Assembly (NCBI GenBank): GCA_951406725.2
Contig: OX597832.1
Span: 5,456,001-5,520,000, forward strand
DNA: 64,000 nucleotides
From: Octopus vulgaris
Taxonomy: Eukaryota
Direction: 5' to 3'
Shown here in pieces: positions 12,752 to 25,106 of the stretch. The translations under genes and the position numbers were made by a program. Under the pieces are notes generated by a model. It was not told the origin of the DNA, searched no databases, and saw only the letters and a list, made by a program, of their open reading frames with translations. Position 1 is the stretch's first letter; every line of letters begins with the position of its first letter.

Positions 12752-13539
12752 TATGTATGTATTATGTATTGCTTGTATCTAAAAGAATACATACATAAAA
12801 TAGTCAATGATTATTAAAAGAAACGTTCATTCGACAGGGCCTAACGGGCTTAAAGAGAAAGTTTTTTGTTAGGTTTTACAAACAGCGTATGTACGTGCAA
12901 TAAAATGCATAAAAATATTTCATTGTATAGCAAGTTTTTGGTGTTGTATTCTTTTCTGTTCGTATCAAATTGTGACAGATTTAGATGAAATATTTTTTCA
13001 AGGGGGTTTGACAACGATACTTCTTCCCAATCATATACTGCTACAATAGTTTCTTTTAAGGAATTTTCAGACTGTTTTTGTAACGGATATTTGGTTGGCA
13101 TAAAAGCCGATTCCCAGTAAAAATTCCACTTATCCGTTCTAATAACGTGTCCGCACTGTTGAAGACAACACTTGAGAAGAATGCTTCATATGCTTAGAAT
13201 CCGACTAATCTGAAGGACTTCTGAATTTGGTGGAAAAGCGGAAAATTTTATGATAAAAATTCTGCACAAGCAGCGTTGATGGAACCGCTTCAAGATTTTT
13301 AGGTAAAGTTTATATACTAGTTATACTCTACAAATATATAAAAGGGCTGAGATGACAGCTTCACAGACATAAAAAAAGGTCTGAAATAGAATAAGCTTAA
13401 TTTATATTGAACTTAGTACCTTGGTACCACATTAGCTCCGTATCGTTTCACCAGTAGCCCCGAAAAGCTTGGTTGTTTTTCACACTCCTCCTTCTCTTCC
13501 TTCGCCTCCTCCTTTTAGTGGCTGCAACCGAGAGATCTC

Positions 13540-14620
13540 GATGTCTAAGAATCCATTTTCGAGAGTATATTACCAAAGGATGAACTGATCTACAACCTTA
13601 AAACAAGAATATTTAGTTCAACGAACAGTATACTTGGAGCTGGTTTGTACATTTTGACTATCTTATTCACGCTTATTTTAAGGGCAAAGAATGAACATGC
13701 TTTGGAGAAGCAGTCCATATGATCCCGCATATCATTCTCAGTGTGATCTCTTACAAGATTACAATTATCGGCATAGAGTAGGTCATGTAAAAGCTCTACT
13801 AGCGACTAATTGTTTGCATGAGATCCACGTAGATTGAAAAGTTCAACAGCAGACCTACAAAAAATAAAGATTCCATTTGCGACTGTTTTGAAAGCAATCC
13901 TTCAAACTTCTGAAAAAAAGATTCTGGAAAGCTTTGATGCAAGAATGCAGCCCATCTGTGAGAGAACTACATCCATGCGTTCATATCATGTAAATATCGA
14001 ATAAGTGAAACAAAATAGTGATAACAATTGATCTTAAGTAGAATCTTCTATAATGTTTCCAGATTGACTACGGTAAACACTTTTTTAGAGATCGAAAAAA
14101 CATCGATAGAGGCTGAAGTTTTGTTCGTTGCACTTTTCTGAGCTGACGGACGGATGTCTTATTGGAATATATACATTGAATATTACATCAGCAATGCTAT
14201 GTTCAAAGTAAAAGCCAGAATTCGTATTTGTAAACAGTTCAGGAGGACCTTGGAAAATACCTTCCCAACAACGGAGTGTAAAACCATTTCTAGGTAATTT
14301 TCACAGAAATCACTGTGACCTTCCTTTCAGAGAGAGAGAGGGGGGGATGATTAGCACGTTCCTCAAAGACTGGGTGAAGAGCTTCTTTATTCCAGACCAA
14401 AACATACACTTCATGAAATATATCTGTTAGCTCTGAATCAGAATCATTCCATTTGAAAAATTCTACACTTTTGCTTGCAAAGCCAGGTTGTTTCCAACAG
14501 TTTATTTGTGTTTATTTGGGCAATATCTTTGGTTACTTCTTCAAGGTTAGGGATGTTCCAATAAAACATGAAACTCAGTGTAAAACCCAATAGGTCAGAT
14601 ATTGTTCTATAGGGCAGAGA
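13540..14620 (-). mobile_element. RTE/BovB-type LINE reverse transcriptase relic
   Basis: Minus-strand fragments KEGHSDFCENY (cf. KKGDRSDCGNYRGI), FFDL*KVFTVVN (cf. FIDLTKAFD), RSAVELFNLRG (cf. YRTDGKLFNLRR), HDLLYADNCNLV (cf. LLYADDCAL). Confidence 0.75.
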
Positions 14621-15499
14621 GCAAAAATCATGTACTGCTGTAGAGATCAGGTACTTGAGGGATGTGAATTGTCTCATCTAATACCGCGGTAAAGAACATC
14701 CATGGGGAAACTAACGAGAACCTTGTAGCTATTATATCTAGTCTCTAGGTTTTCTTTTGTACCTATTACACTGTGCAACACTATTTTTATCCTTAGGCAG
14801 CAACAGTTATTTCCTATTTGCTTACTCCTGGAAAGTATGAAAAATGGCTAATGTTTCCTTCACATTTTGCTTTTGTTACATTTATTCAAACCCCAAAAAA
14901 TTCCCTCTCAACACATGGCTATGATATTCCTCCATTACTCCTGTTCATGATCAGAGATGCACATATTGTCAGTTACTAAGGGACATTCTCAAGTGGTGAA
15001 GGTCAAGCAACTGACAGGCAAATTTGTGGTATTGAGCAGAATATTTGCTATAACGATATTTCTGCTTCAGCAGCTCAGTGCTGAATCTGTCTGAAATGTA
15101 ATGGAAAATAGGTGAGTTTGAAAACATTGAAGTCCAGGTCATAAAAGCAAAGTTTGAAGGGAATTTTTGTCATTTCCTTTGGTTTCTAGATAAAAGCAAA
15201 TAGGAAATAACACTTACTAAAGGCAAAAAATAAATAGATAAATAAATAAAATAAATATTTTGTTACACAGTGTTATCATAAGTGAACTGAGCTATGTGAT
15301 AACAGATTTGCATAAGAAAGCTTAAAATTCTGGAGTTATCCAAGAAAGAACACATAGCAAATTGATTCACATTCTTCAAATACAATAGATTGCTAGTACA
15401 GTCTATAAGGCATTCTAAGGATTCTCCATATGGAGTTTCTAGACTGAAAATATGCACACATATGGAATGCACAAACAGATACACACATGCACGCATATT

Positions 15500-15502
<3 letters not shown>

Positions 15503-15552
<50 letters not shown>

Positions 15553-15564
15553 ACACACACACAC
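15503..15564. repeat. (CA)n microsatellite
   Basis: Direct reading. Confidence 0.95.
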
Positions 15565-16714
15565 AAGCAGTAATGAAGCACACGCGTTTCATGAATGCAA
15601 ATTTATACACCCACCTACTCAAATGAATTCACAAAACAATATTCACAAACCTCAAGAGTTCCTTTCACTTAAAACAAAAGATCTTTGTTGCTTTGTTAAT
15701 GCTTAGTTTGTCGTCTCAAAAGTAAAAACTTAGATAACCTCCGCTCCTAACAAAAATATGCGGACAAATTTCAACATGTTGCAACCGTGCAAAAACTTGT
15801 CTCCTAAATTCCATACATAATCTATCGGTCAAGACTCTTTCTCAAGATGACACATAGTGCTGTCGAACCACATTATTTATAGCAGTAAACTTCTTAACCA
15901 CACAGCTATGCTTTTTTGCATTAAAATTGCACAGTATTTTTTAAAAACTTAAATAATCACTTGATAAATATTTACAAGAAATTTTATGTTAATACTAAAA
16001 GCATTCATTCAAAATTATAAGTTAAAGCAAATACACGGAATTAAGTGATGAAAGAATTTAAAATAAATATGTAAAGTCGAAATCTTTACAAATTTATTTG
16101 ATAACCAGTTGATCTAGCAAGTAGGACTTCATATCAGTGAGCGGGGGCCGGTGCGCATTGATGCCGTCGAGAGGTAGGCCCCGAAACGGCGCGCATTCTC
16201 TCCTGATGGCTTCCGGTATGCGGAGTTTTTGACTGGTAGCACCTGCATGTGCAAGTTGTTTGCAAGACATGTAAAGTCGGAAACATTTTTAGTTTTCCAA
16301 TAAATGTTAATCGACAGTTATTTTTACAAAGCATTTATACTTTTAGAGGAAAATATTTTTTGAAAGTTTCTTGCCTAAGGAATGTTTTATATTATATTTG
16401 AAGAAAAATTGATATATTTTCAGAGATATTTTTATATTCTCAAAGTTCTTCTCACATTTGAAGAATTATTAAACCCTTAAATTTGTTTGTTATTCCAAGT
16501 AAGTCATAAAATATATCTCTTTGGATAATTTATGTGTCACGGCTCTCCTGTGTAGTTTTAAATATATCAAAGAACTAAAAATAATTGCTATTACTCAATA
16601 ATTTTATTCAAATAAATGCTGGTATAAAATCTCTTTATTACTAAACTTGAACATTCTCAAAATCTCTCAACAGAAACATTCTGGCAGTCTAGGCAATTCT
16701 TTAGAAGAGGAACA

Positions 16715-16920
16715 AAGTGGACCTCAGCGGAATTCGAACTCAGATCGTAAAATCGGAAGAAATGCCACGAAGCATTTTGCCCGGTGAGCTAATAATCCTG
16801 CCACCTCGCCACCTAAAGCGCTTGCGGAGATTGGTTTCAGATTTTGGTACAAGGCCAGCAATTTCGTGGGGAGGGCGTAGTAAGTCGGTTACATCGACCC
16901 CAGTACTCAATTGGTATTTA
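16715..16920 (-). mobile_element. Two rearranged fragments of family B SINE
   Basis: 16715-16815 matches the head and 16830-16920 the tail of 33508-33724 / 4420-4626. Confidence 0.7.
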
Positions 16921-17042
16921 TCTTCAACGCCAGCGTTTGCTGAATTTTCTTGAGAACAATCTTTTCTTAGTGGTCAGACCATATGGGGTCTACATCTATC
17001 ATATTGGATGTCCATTTAGTGGTCATTCCTCCTATATGTGTG

Positions 17043-17141
<99 letters not shown>

Positions 17142-17676
17142 TTATTTACAAATATATACACACACTTTTATGGTTTGTGCGTATATGATGGTGACAATGT
17201 ATATATAGATATGCGTGTACGTGTGTATGAATGTATCAGATATTATTTTATCTATTTAAATGTTTATTATCAAGAAATTAAAATTAGTTTTAACATTTAG
17301 AAGACGGTAATTATATTTTACAAACCTACTCTAAAACCTGTTGATATTTGTCAAATTGCCTTTAAATATTCTGTCTGGCCTTTAAATCGATAAACAAATC
17401 TTTTCCGATGATGTTCTAAATATCTCTGTCAGCTGATAGGAATAAACCAACATTAATCTCCTGGCGTGAGTTTAAAAAGAAATATGAAACCTTCGAAGCT
17501 TAGCAATATTGATATCCTTACATAAATGCCCATTTGTAGCGAACAGCTACCAAATCTCAGAGCTTTCGAAACTAAATCGTCAGTTTCCTATAAGTCCTCG
17601 GCCTATTGTTCTCGCCTTTTTTAAGGGCATCATTATAAGAATAATTGACAACGAAATGGGTGAATCTAATACTAAC

Positions 17677-18009
17677 AATGTGGCTCAGTGGTTAGAGCGT
17701 CGAGCTTACGATCGTGAGGTTGTGAGCTCGAATCCCGGACCGGGCTGCGTGTTGTGTTCTTGAGCAAGGCACTTTATTTCACGTTGCTCCAGTTCACTCA
17801 GCTGTAGAAATGAGTTGCGACGTCACTGGTGCCAAGCTGTATCGACCTTTGTCTTTCCCTTGGATAACACTGGTGGCGTGGAGAGGGAGGCTGGTATGCA
17901 TGGGCGACTGCTGGTCTTCCATAAACAACCTTGCCCGGACTTGTGTCTAGGAGGGTAACTTTCTAGGTGCAATCCCATGGTCATTCATGACCGAAGGGGG
18001 TCTTTACCC
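17677..18009 (+). mobile_element. tRNA-derived SINE (family C, CORE/V-like central domain)
   Basis: A box TGGCTCAGTGG, B box GAGCTCGAATCC, followed by gtgttcttgagcaaggcactttatttcac and cactcagctgtagaaatgag. Confidence 0.85.
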
Positions 18010-18371
18010 TTTAGTAATGATATGATTAACAATAGCAATAATATCAATAACAACAAGTGTATCCTGAATAAATATATATATATATAAATAAACTTAGGTC
18101 TAATGATAAGTATACTCCATATGCCAACCCAGATACACCTAATGATGTTAATTATAATAAAGATAATTATATTTGGTTTATCATTCCTTACGCACAACAA
18201 ATAAAAACGAATCTAGTCAAGCTCTTTTACAGATCTATATCTTAGCACTTTAATAAAGAACATAAATATTATAAAATAATTAACAATAAAAGGATTAGAA
18301 TAGGTTTTTCAGGATCAAAACATTTGTTTAGAATTATCTCTTCTTTCAATACTAAAATTTTAGACAACTTT

Positions 18372-18435
<64 letters not shown>

Positions 18436-19188
18436 TATACACATATATATACATATATATACATATATATATACATATATATATACATATATCAAATTTC
18501 GCTTAACTGTTCAACAGCGTTTTTCTCACAGTAAAACAATAGTTTTCTGTGAATGGCAGCAGTTATATATTTCCCAAATGCATTCGCTAAGCAGAATAAT
18601 GTCTTTGCCAATTGACCCTTCTAACCTCTTCTAGGCCTTCACTGGCTGGAATGGAGATAACAGACCTCCAACGAAATCATTTGTTCTCAACGATATGTCT
18701 ATCCTTCTGGCTGGTTTTTGATAGTTATAAAAACAAGAAACTCCATAAGCTAAAGGCAGCTACTGTGAACGTCCAACAGTGAGTGCGAACACTTCATTCA
18801 TATATTTATATAACCTCTCTCACCAACCTCGGACAATCTTTCTCCCCAAAACCTCCAACAATCTCTCCCTCCTCCAGCTCACAGTTTTTTGTGCTTTTTC
18901 GTGGCGGAACATACACCTTTTGTGGCAGTTCTTGCTTTCTTATATTAGTAATAAGGCGTTTCAATAGAAATCTTTACCCCTGGGAATTACTGGGTACACC
19001 AGCTAGTATATATATATATATATATATATATACAAATATTCTATTATTATAAACATAATTATAATTAGGGGTCAGCTAGTTGCTTCCCCACGCATCGAAT
19101 TTAGAAATAAGAGTTAAAGTTCCTTTTCTGCTAAATTTTTTTTACGTAGGCAAAAAGAAAAAATAACGAATCCACTCGACTCAGATTA

Positions 19189-19256
19189 GCTACATACGCG
19201 TTTTGGGATGAAAGTAAAGTTATATTTACTTACTTCTTTCACCTCTTCAGTGCAGC
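19189..19256 (-). ncRNA. Type I hammerhead ribozyme motif, probably inactivated (G12 to A)
   Basis: Minus strand: gctgca-CTGAAGA-ggtgaaag...ctttcatccc-AAAA-cgcg-TA-tgtagc. Helix I 6 bp; palindromic ACGCGT helix III; GUA site. Confidence 0.7.
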
Positions 19257-19501
19257 ATTTCAAATATAAATTTGAGAGTGCTAGGGTTAAATATGTACTC
19301 GATCGTAAATGTGTTTGAAAGTTGTGGCTTCTTTGCTTTGTTTGTTCCCAAAGAACACTTTTTTTAGTGTTGTTGACACCGCCAAATTGAATGATACTGC
19401 CCAGGTGTCGAAACCATAATGATATATGTAGAGCAGCTGATGATGGAGGTATGCTGGATAGTTGGTATGGCTGTGGAATAGTATTATAACACATCCTTTT
19501 G

Positions 19502-19563
<62 letters not shown>

Positions 19564-19568
<5 letters not shown>

Positions 19569-20064
19569 AAATGAGAAAATGGAGAAATATATCTAAATCA
19601 ATCATCAACTATCAGATTCTCTGAAGAGGCCGTGATACATTCTTGTTAATGTCTCATTTATACCTGCTTTATATGGCTAATAGGTTAAATGGGACATACC
19701 TGTCTTCACGGCCGAAACAGCTGTCAGCTACAATGTAAATGTATTTTTATTTCTATTTCTATGTCTTGTTATATTTGTACTATATTAATGTATAATATCA
19801 TTGCTATTGTGTAATGGCTTAATAAAGTATTGATTGGGTATTATCTGATAGTTGATGATTGATTTAGATATATTTCTCCATTTTCTCATTTTGTATTATT
19901 AATTTATGGTAAAAATAATTCTACCTTTGCCCACATAATATACAGTAGATCAATTAATTGCATCGCAATTTTTAACATTTATGTATTAGCTTTGTTGGGT
20001 ACTTCTCTAGCAGTATATTGGATATATGTTATCCCATGGAGGGTTGAATTTACAACCCCTATCT

Positions 20065-20068
<4 letters not shown>
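19564..20068 (+). mobile_element. Penelope-like pLTR fragment with 5' inverted segment, between (TA)n arrays
   Basis: Perfect 54-bp inverted repeat 19564-19617 / 19843-19896 bracketing a hammerhead; AATAAA at 19821; bounded by (TA)n on both sides. Confidence 0.6.
19619..19727 (+). ncRNA. Type I hammerhead ribozyme motif (intact core)
   Basis: ct-CTGAAGA(19621)-ggccgtga...tcacggcc-GAAA(19714)-cagctg-TC-ag; palindromic ACAGCTGT helix III; predicted cleavage after C19725. Confidence 0.8.
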
Positions 20069-20128
<60 letters not shown>

Positions 20129-20131
20129 GTG

Positions 20132-20162
<31 letters not shown>

Positions 20163-20183
20163 GTATATATATATACACACACA

Positions 20184-20215
<32 letters not shown>

Positions 20216-20289
20216 CATATATACATACATACATACATACATACATACATACATACATACATACATACATACATACATACATACATACA

Positions 20290-20321
<32 letters not shown>

Positions 20322-20347
20322 CACATACACATATACATGCATACATA
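20069..20347. repeat. Compound (TA)n/(TG)n/(CATA)n microsatellite
   Basis: Direct reading. Confidence 0.95.
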
Positions 20348-21022
20348 AAATAACCTAATCAAGTATGCCAATAAATCTAAAAGAATTTGAACGGTGTCAT
20401 ATGAGACCTGTTTTGAATTCTTTATTTGTATATGCTATAACTATCATCGCTGTGGCTAGTGTTATTATCTTCCTAATTACTGCGATTGGTTAACATTATT
20501 CTCATTGATCAATGTAAATGTCACAGCGCCAAAAGTTGAATGTTTGCTCAAAGCAATATTTTTATGTCGTCATTCAGTATATAAATATCAATATTGGATT
20601 GTATACCTTTTCTCTTAAACTAATTATAAACGGAGGTGGGCAGTTTGACAACCTTTGAAAACGTACATTTTATGTGAAAATTGCGCAAATAAATATTGAT
20701 TTCTTTCAGAAATAAATATTGACAAAACAGTAGCTGCAACGAATACCAGGACAACCACGCACGCACACACACATACACAAACACACACGCGCGCGCGCGT
20801 ATATATATTGGTGATTCAAAAATAATATTTTGGATTCCCAGGGCATAATAAAAGGGAAAAAAATTGCAGCTATATCTTTTATCCTTTACTTCTTTCTGTA
20901 ATTGAGTTATGGCCATGCTAAAGCATCACTTTGTACGTTTTAGTCGAATAAATCGCCCCCAGTACTTTCATTTAAAAAATCAACGCAGACACATAAACAC
21001 ACACGTATGTGTGTGTACATAC

Positions 21023-21087
<65 letters not shown>

Positions 21088-21088
<1 letters not shown>

Positions 21089-21995
21089 ATTTGTTTTTCA
21101 AAATGCACTTGAATTTAAAAAACTTGTAATTGTTTTTAAATAAATTTATTTATACACATACCAAACGAGTTTCAATAGTGTTTTGTTTATCAATGGTATA
21201 AACGTATATAAAACAATAGGATTTAAAAAACTTTAAAATTACGAAGTTGAAAACATGTTTAAATGATTAAATATTCACAAAATTCAATAAGGGTGGATAA
21301 TACCAAAAATGATCGCCGAAGAATATACAAAATGTGGATTATTAAAAGTTCGTTCATACTGAGTTTGAAGAGAGAAATAAGAAAAGAAGAGAATAAAAAA
21401 AGAGGTTTTTTATTACAGTTTCTGTCATCTTGCGTGTGATTCTTTTCTCCGTCACGCACAGGGCTTTTCGCTTGTAATTGAGTTTTTGGAATCAGTGTAT
21501 TCATAAGTTTTTTCGCGAACGGATTTCATTTTTGATTCGTTATAATTCTGAAGACGCCTTATTCTTTCCGGTGGTCAAGTTTGGCGTCCTGCCTGATTGA
21601 CTTCCCTGTAGTGAATGGTTATCAATTGATTCTCTTAAAGGACCAGTTTGTTTGGGTTTTTTTTTCCTAAGGTCTGGAGCTGCCCCATTTTTTTACTCTC
21701 TTTTTATATTTCTTTCTCTTAACTCAGTATGACCGAACTTATAACAATCCACATTTTTTATATTCTTCGCCTAACATTTTTCATTTTATCTACTCCTTTC
21801 TTTGAATTTTGTGAACATGTAATCATTTAAACATGTTTTCTTCGTAATTAAAAATTTTTAAAAATCCTATTGTTTTATATACGCTTATACCATTGATAAA
21901 GAAAAAATTGTCGAAACTAGTTTGGCATGTATGCAAATAAATTCATTTAAAAACAATTATAAGTTTTTCAAATTCAGATGCATTTTCAAAAACAT
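21088..21995. mobile_element. Fold-back/MITE-like element with about 290-bp imperfect terminal inverted arms
   Basis: About 21090-21380 is the reverse complement of about 21705-21995 (e.g. tatcaatggtataaacgtatataaaacaataggattt vs aaatcctattgttttatatacgcttataccattgata). Confidence 0.75.
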
Positions 21996-22057
21996 TTTCT
22001 ATGTTTTTTCCTGCGTGGAGATATACCCCTTATTTCCATATACATATACATACATAC

Positions 22058-22628
22058 ATGGTGGTGGTTGTCTACTCCTTATACAGAGTTTGACCACTCC
22101 CTGTATCTACACCTTAGCACCATCATGGCGTCTGATGTGACTTTTTAAACCAGACAATGTTCTGAAAAGACACCCACATAGATTGCACCTCTGATTTGGA
22201 ACACGAAGACCTGCAAAACAAGTTCTGCTTTTTGTGGATCTTAAAATGTCTTGTGAGGCCTCCGTTGGATTTGCAAACCTTCTGGCATACACGCATTCAA
22301 AGGTGTGTACAGATATATAGGCAGAATAGTTGGCGGAGATTTGTTTTCCATGCGTTCGCAGATGAGATATTGAGGTGATGCCTGCAGATGCAAGGACATC
22401 TATGTTTGAAGTAAAAGGACTCCATTTAATTTTAAGGCATTTTTGGTGGAATTGTTCTAACAGTTTAAAATGCCTTTCATAACAAGTCCAAGCTTCACAG
22501 GAATACAACAGGGATGGTAACAGAAATGATTTGTAAAGAGCCGGTTTTGTATTCTTATTTATATGTCATTGGCATCAAACACGTGACTCCAAGCCACCAA
22601 ATGCTTTTGCTGCCCTTTGAATTCGCTG
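22058..22628 (-). mobile_element. RTE/BovB-type LINE 3' end
   Basis: QRIQRAAKAFGGL...LLYSCEAWTCYERHFKLLEQFHQKCL...CNLCGCLFRTLSGLKSHIRRH (C-terminal C2H2 finger), followed by a short tail. Confidence 0.8.
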
Positions 22629-22925
22629 AAAAATTTGTGAGCTAACCTCAGGCAGAATCGAACTCACAAATCAAAGCTTTCGTGGCTTCTTGCGAATCTG
22701 ATTGGCCAAACACCCACCCATCAATTTCAGTTAAATTTAGTTAAAATATACTCAAACTCTTGATAACAATATCGTTTATGTATTATCAAGACAGTTTGAG
22801 TATATATTAACTAAATTTGACTGAAATTGATGGGTGAGCGTTTGGCCAATCAGATTCGCAAGGAGTAACGAAAGCGTCGATTTGTGAGTTCGATTCTGTC
22901 TGAGGTTAGCTCATAAATTTTTCAG
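22626..22925. mobile_element. About 300-bp hairpin MITE
   Basis: About 140-bp arms (ctgaaaaatttgtgagctaacctcaggcagaatcgaactcacaaatc... vs ...gatttgtgagttcgattctgtctgaggttagctcataaatttttcag) around a short loop. Confidence 0.85.
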
Positions 22926-23989
22926 TCATTTGTTTAAAAATTGTCGCTTCAAATCGGAGAATAAATATCATTATGATATAAATTATATGTAGTTATTATA
23001 CAGTTATTATACTATGAGCCTTCCATAGCAGCTTTCTCTTCGTAACTAGCAAAGCCTTTTGGGTTTGTTTATAAAAATATTATTTATATATGTTTATATA
23101 TATATATACAGTGATAGATAGATAGATAGATGTAGACATATATATGTATGTATCGTTCCATTTGTCATTGATTCAGTCCAAACCAACACCAACTAGAGCG
23201 TAATTCCTCTTTAATGGGGTGATTTGTACTTTCAATCTCTCTAAGGAAACCGAAAAAAGCTTCAGTTTAGTGAGTTTGCGCTCAGTACAGACTTTAAACG
23301 AATATAAATGAATGTCTTACATACATAATATAGTAAACTGAAAACTTCATTCAACTGACATTATCGCAGCAATTGGTAGATAAAACATCCAGGCGCCTTT
23401 GAAATCTAAAACATGTAAGAGAGATAAGTCTAGTGATACAGTCGATGGGAATTTTGGGATATTCTTATTAGAATGAGGATAATACCACGATATGTATATA
23501 CGTCACCGAAAACATTCTGCCCTTTTATCAGCCTACTGAACAATGTATGTTAAACTATAGAGAATATCGATTAGCCACAATTACAAGAACAAGACAGAAA
23601 CTCTTCATCAGGAACAAAGGATGGGATTGGATCCGGGACCCTTAATTTTAATGCTCTCTCAAAATACTTTGTAGAAATATATTTACTGTTATGAAAATGA
23701 GAAAATTTTTGCTGAGTATACCGAGAAAAGTATTTCAAAATATAGTCGATATGTTTTGTCTTTATGCAATTTTACACCCTTTATTTTTTATGTTATGGAT
23801 TTATCTGTAATCTATATACTTAACATGTATCATAGAAAAGATATATTACGGATTAAAAAAAATACTCTGTATTGTTCATTTGATACATCTGTTAAGTGCT
23901 TTTATCGATCGTTTGTGATACATTTCTTATGTATATTTCTTGTATATTTTTCAAGCATGTAACCATGCTGGTGCACCACCTAGAAGTAT

Positions 23990-25059
23990 GCTTGAGTATG
24001 CTCCGGCGGGTTTACGGTGACGAGGCAATGGGTCGTACGCAATGTTTCAAGAGGCACCTGTACATGTAAAATGGAAGAACGTCCCCGGAAGACGATGAGA
24101 GATCTAGAAAAACCTGTCACGAGCGTCATCCCTTAGAAATGTGGAGAAAATTCATCATCTTGTTCATGAGGATCATCGAAAGATAATCAGCGACTTTGCT
24201 GATGTTGTCGGTCTGTCGTACGGGTCCGTGCAGACAATCCTAACATCTGAATAGGACATGCGGCGTGTCTCTGCCAAGTTTGCGCCCCACCTGCTGACCA
24301 CTAAGCAGAAAGAACATCGTGTCGCAGTCTATCAAGATCTCCGTCAGCGTGCTGCTGATGACCCATGCTTCATTTCGAGGACCATCACCGGCGAAGAGAG
24401 TTGGGTTTACGGGTACGACCCTGAGACGAAGCAGCAGTCGTCACAATGGAAGAGCCCTTCATCTCCATGACCGAAGAAGGCACGATAGAGCTGCAGCTCA
24501 GTCAAGAGCATGCTCATCGTTTTTTTTTTTCGACATCCGGGGTATTGTTCATCGAGAATTTGTCCCCCTGGACCAGACCGTCAATCGAGGGTTCTACTGC
24601 AACCTTTTGAAGAGACTAAGGGAAGACATTCGGCGAAAGCGATCGGAACCACAGATCGGGTCGCTTTTGCCGAATGTCATCCCTCAGTCTCTTCAAATGC
24701 ACTGTGTCACCGAGCTCCCCTCACTCGAGGGTTTCTCGCCAAAAAGAACATAGTATCGCTGCCGCATGCACCCTATTCGCCAGATTTAGCATCTGCGGAC
24801 TTCCATCTCTTCCCCAAGATGAAAATGCAATTCAAAGGTCGCCGTTTTAACACCCTTGTCGAGGTCAAGAGCGAATTGTTGAAGGTTCTCGAATCCCTTA
24901 CGGAAAATGACTTCCAGGCCGGATTCCAAAGGTTACAGGAACGCTGGAACCAGTGTATTGCTGCGCAAGGTGACTATTTCGAAGGAGATGATGTTAAAAC
25001 TTAGGCAAAAAAGTTATTTTTTATTAAGCATTACTTGTCCTGGAACTTTTTGATACCAC

Positions 25060-25062
<3 letters not shown>
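23990..25062 (+). mobile_element. 5'-truncated mariner with DD34D transposase pseudogene
   Basis: RRVSAKFAPHLL...TITGEESWVYGYDPETKQQSSQWK...PYSPDLASADFHLFPKMK...GDYFEGD; right TIR gtcctggaactttttgataccacctt followed by TA. Confidence 0.92.

Positions 25063-25106
<44 letters not shown>

Noticed and set aside
15071-15117. Possible small exon (cag...ATAG/GTGAGT)
   Set aside because: Splice-like words alone, with no recognisable peptide or partner exons; cannot be supported without RNA data.
16142-16200. HDV/CPEB3-like ribozyme or snRNA reading of the GC island
   Set aside because: P1-like pairing exists, but L3, the P2-P3 junction and J4/2 do not fit the consensus; no snRNA 5' signature and only an imperfect Sm-like tract.
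17677-17750. tRNA gene
   Set aside because: A and B boxes are present, but the acceptor stem is not intact and the sequence continues into a SINE body.
19992-20371. Numerous long ORFs ([16 protein letters not shown]) here and elsewhere
   Set aside because: These are translations of stop-free microsatellites, not genes.
21548-21592. CTGAAGA followed by hairpin gacgcc/ggcgtc
   Set aside because: No GAAA or cleavage triplet after the stem.
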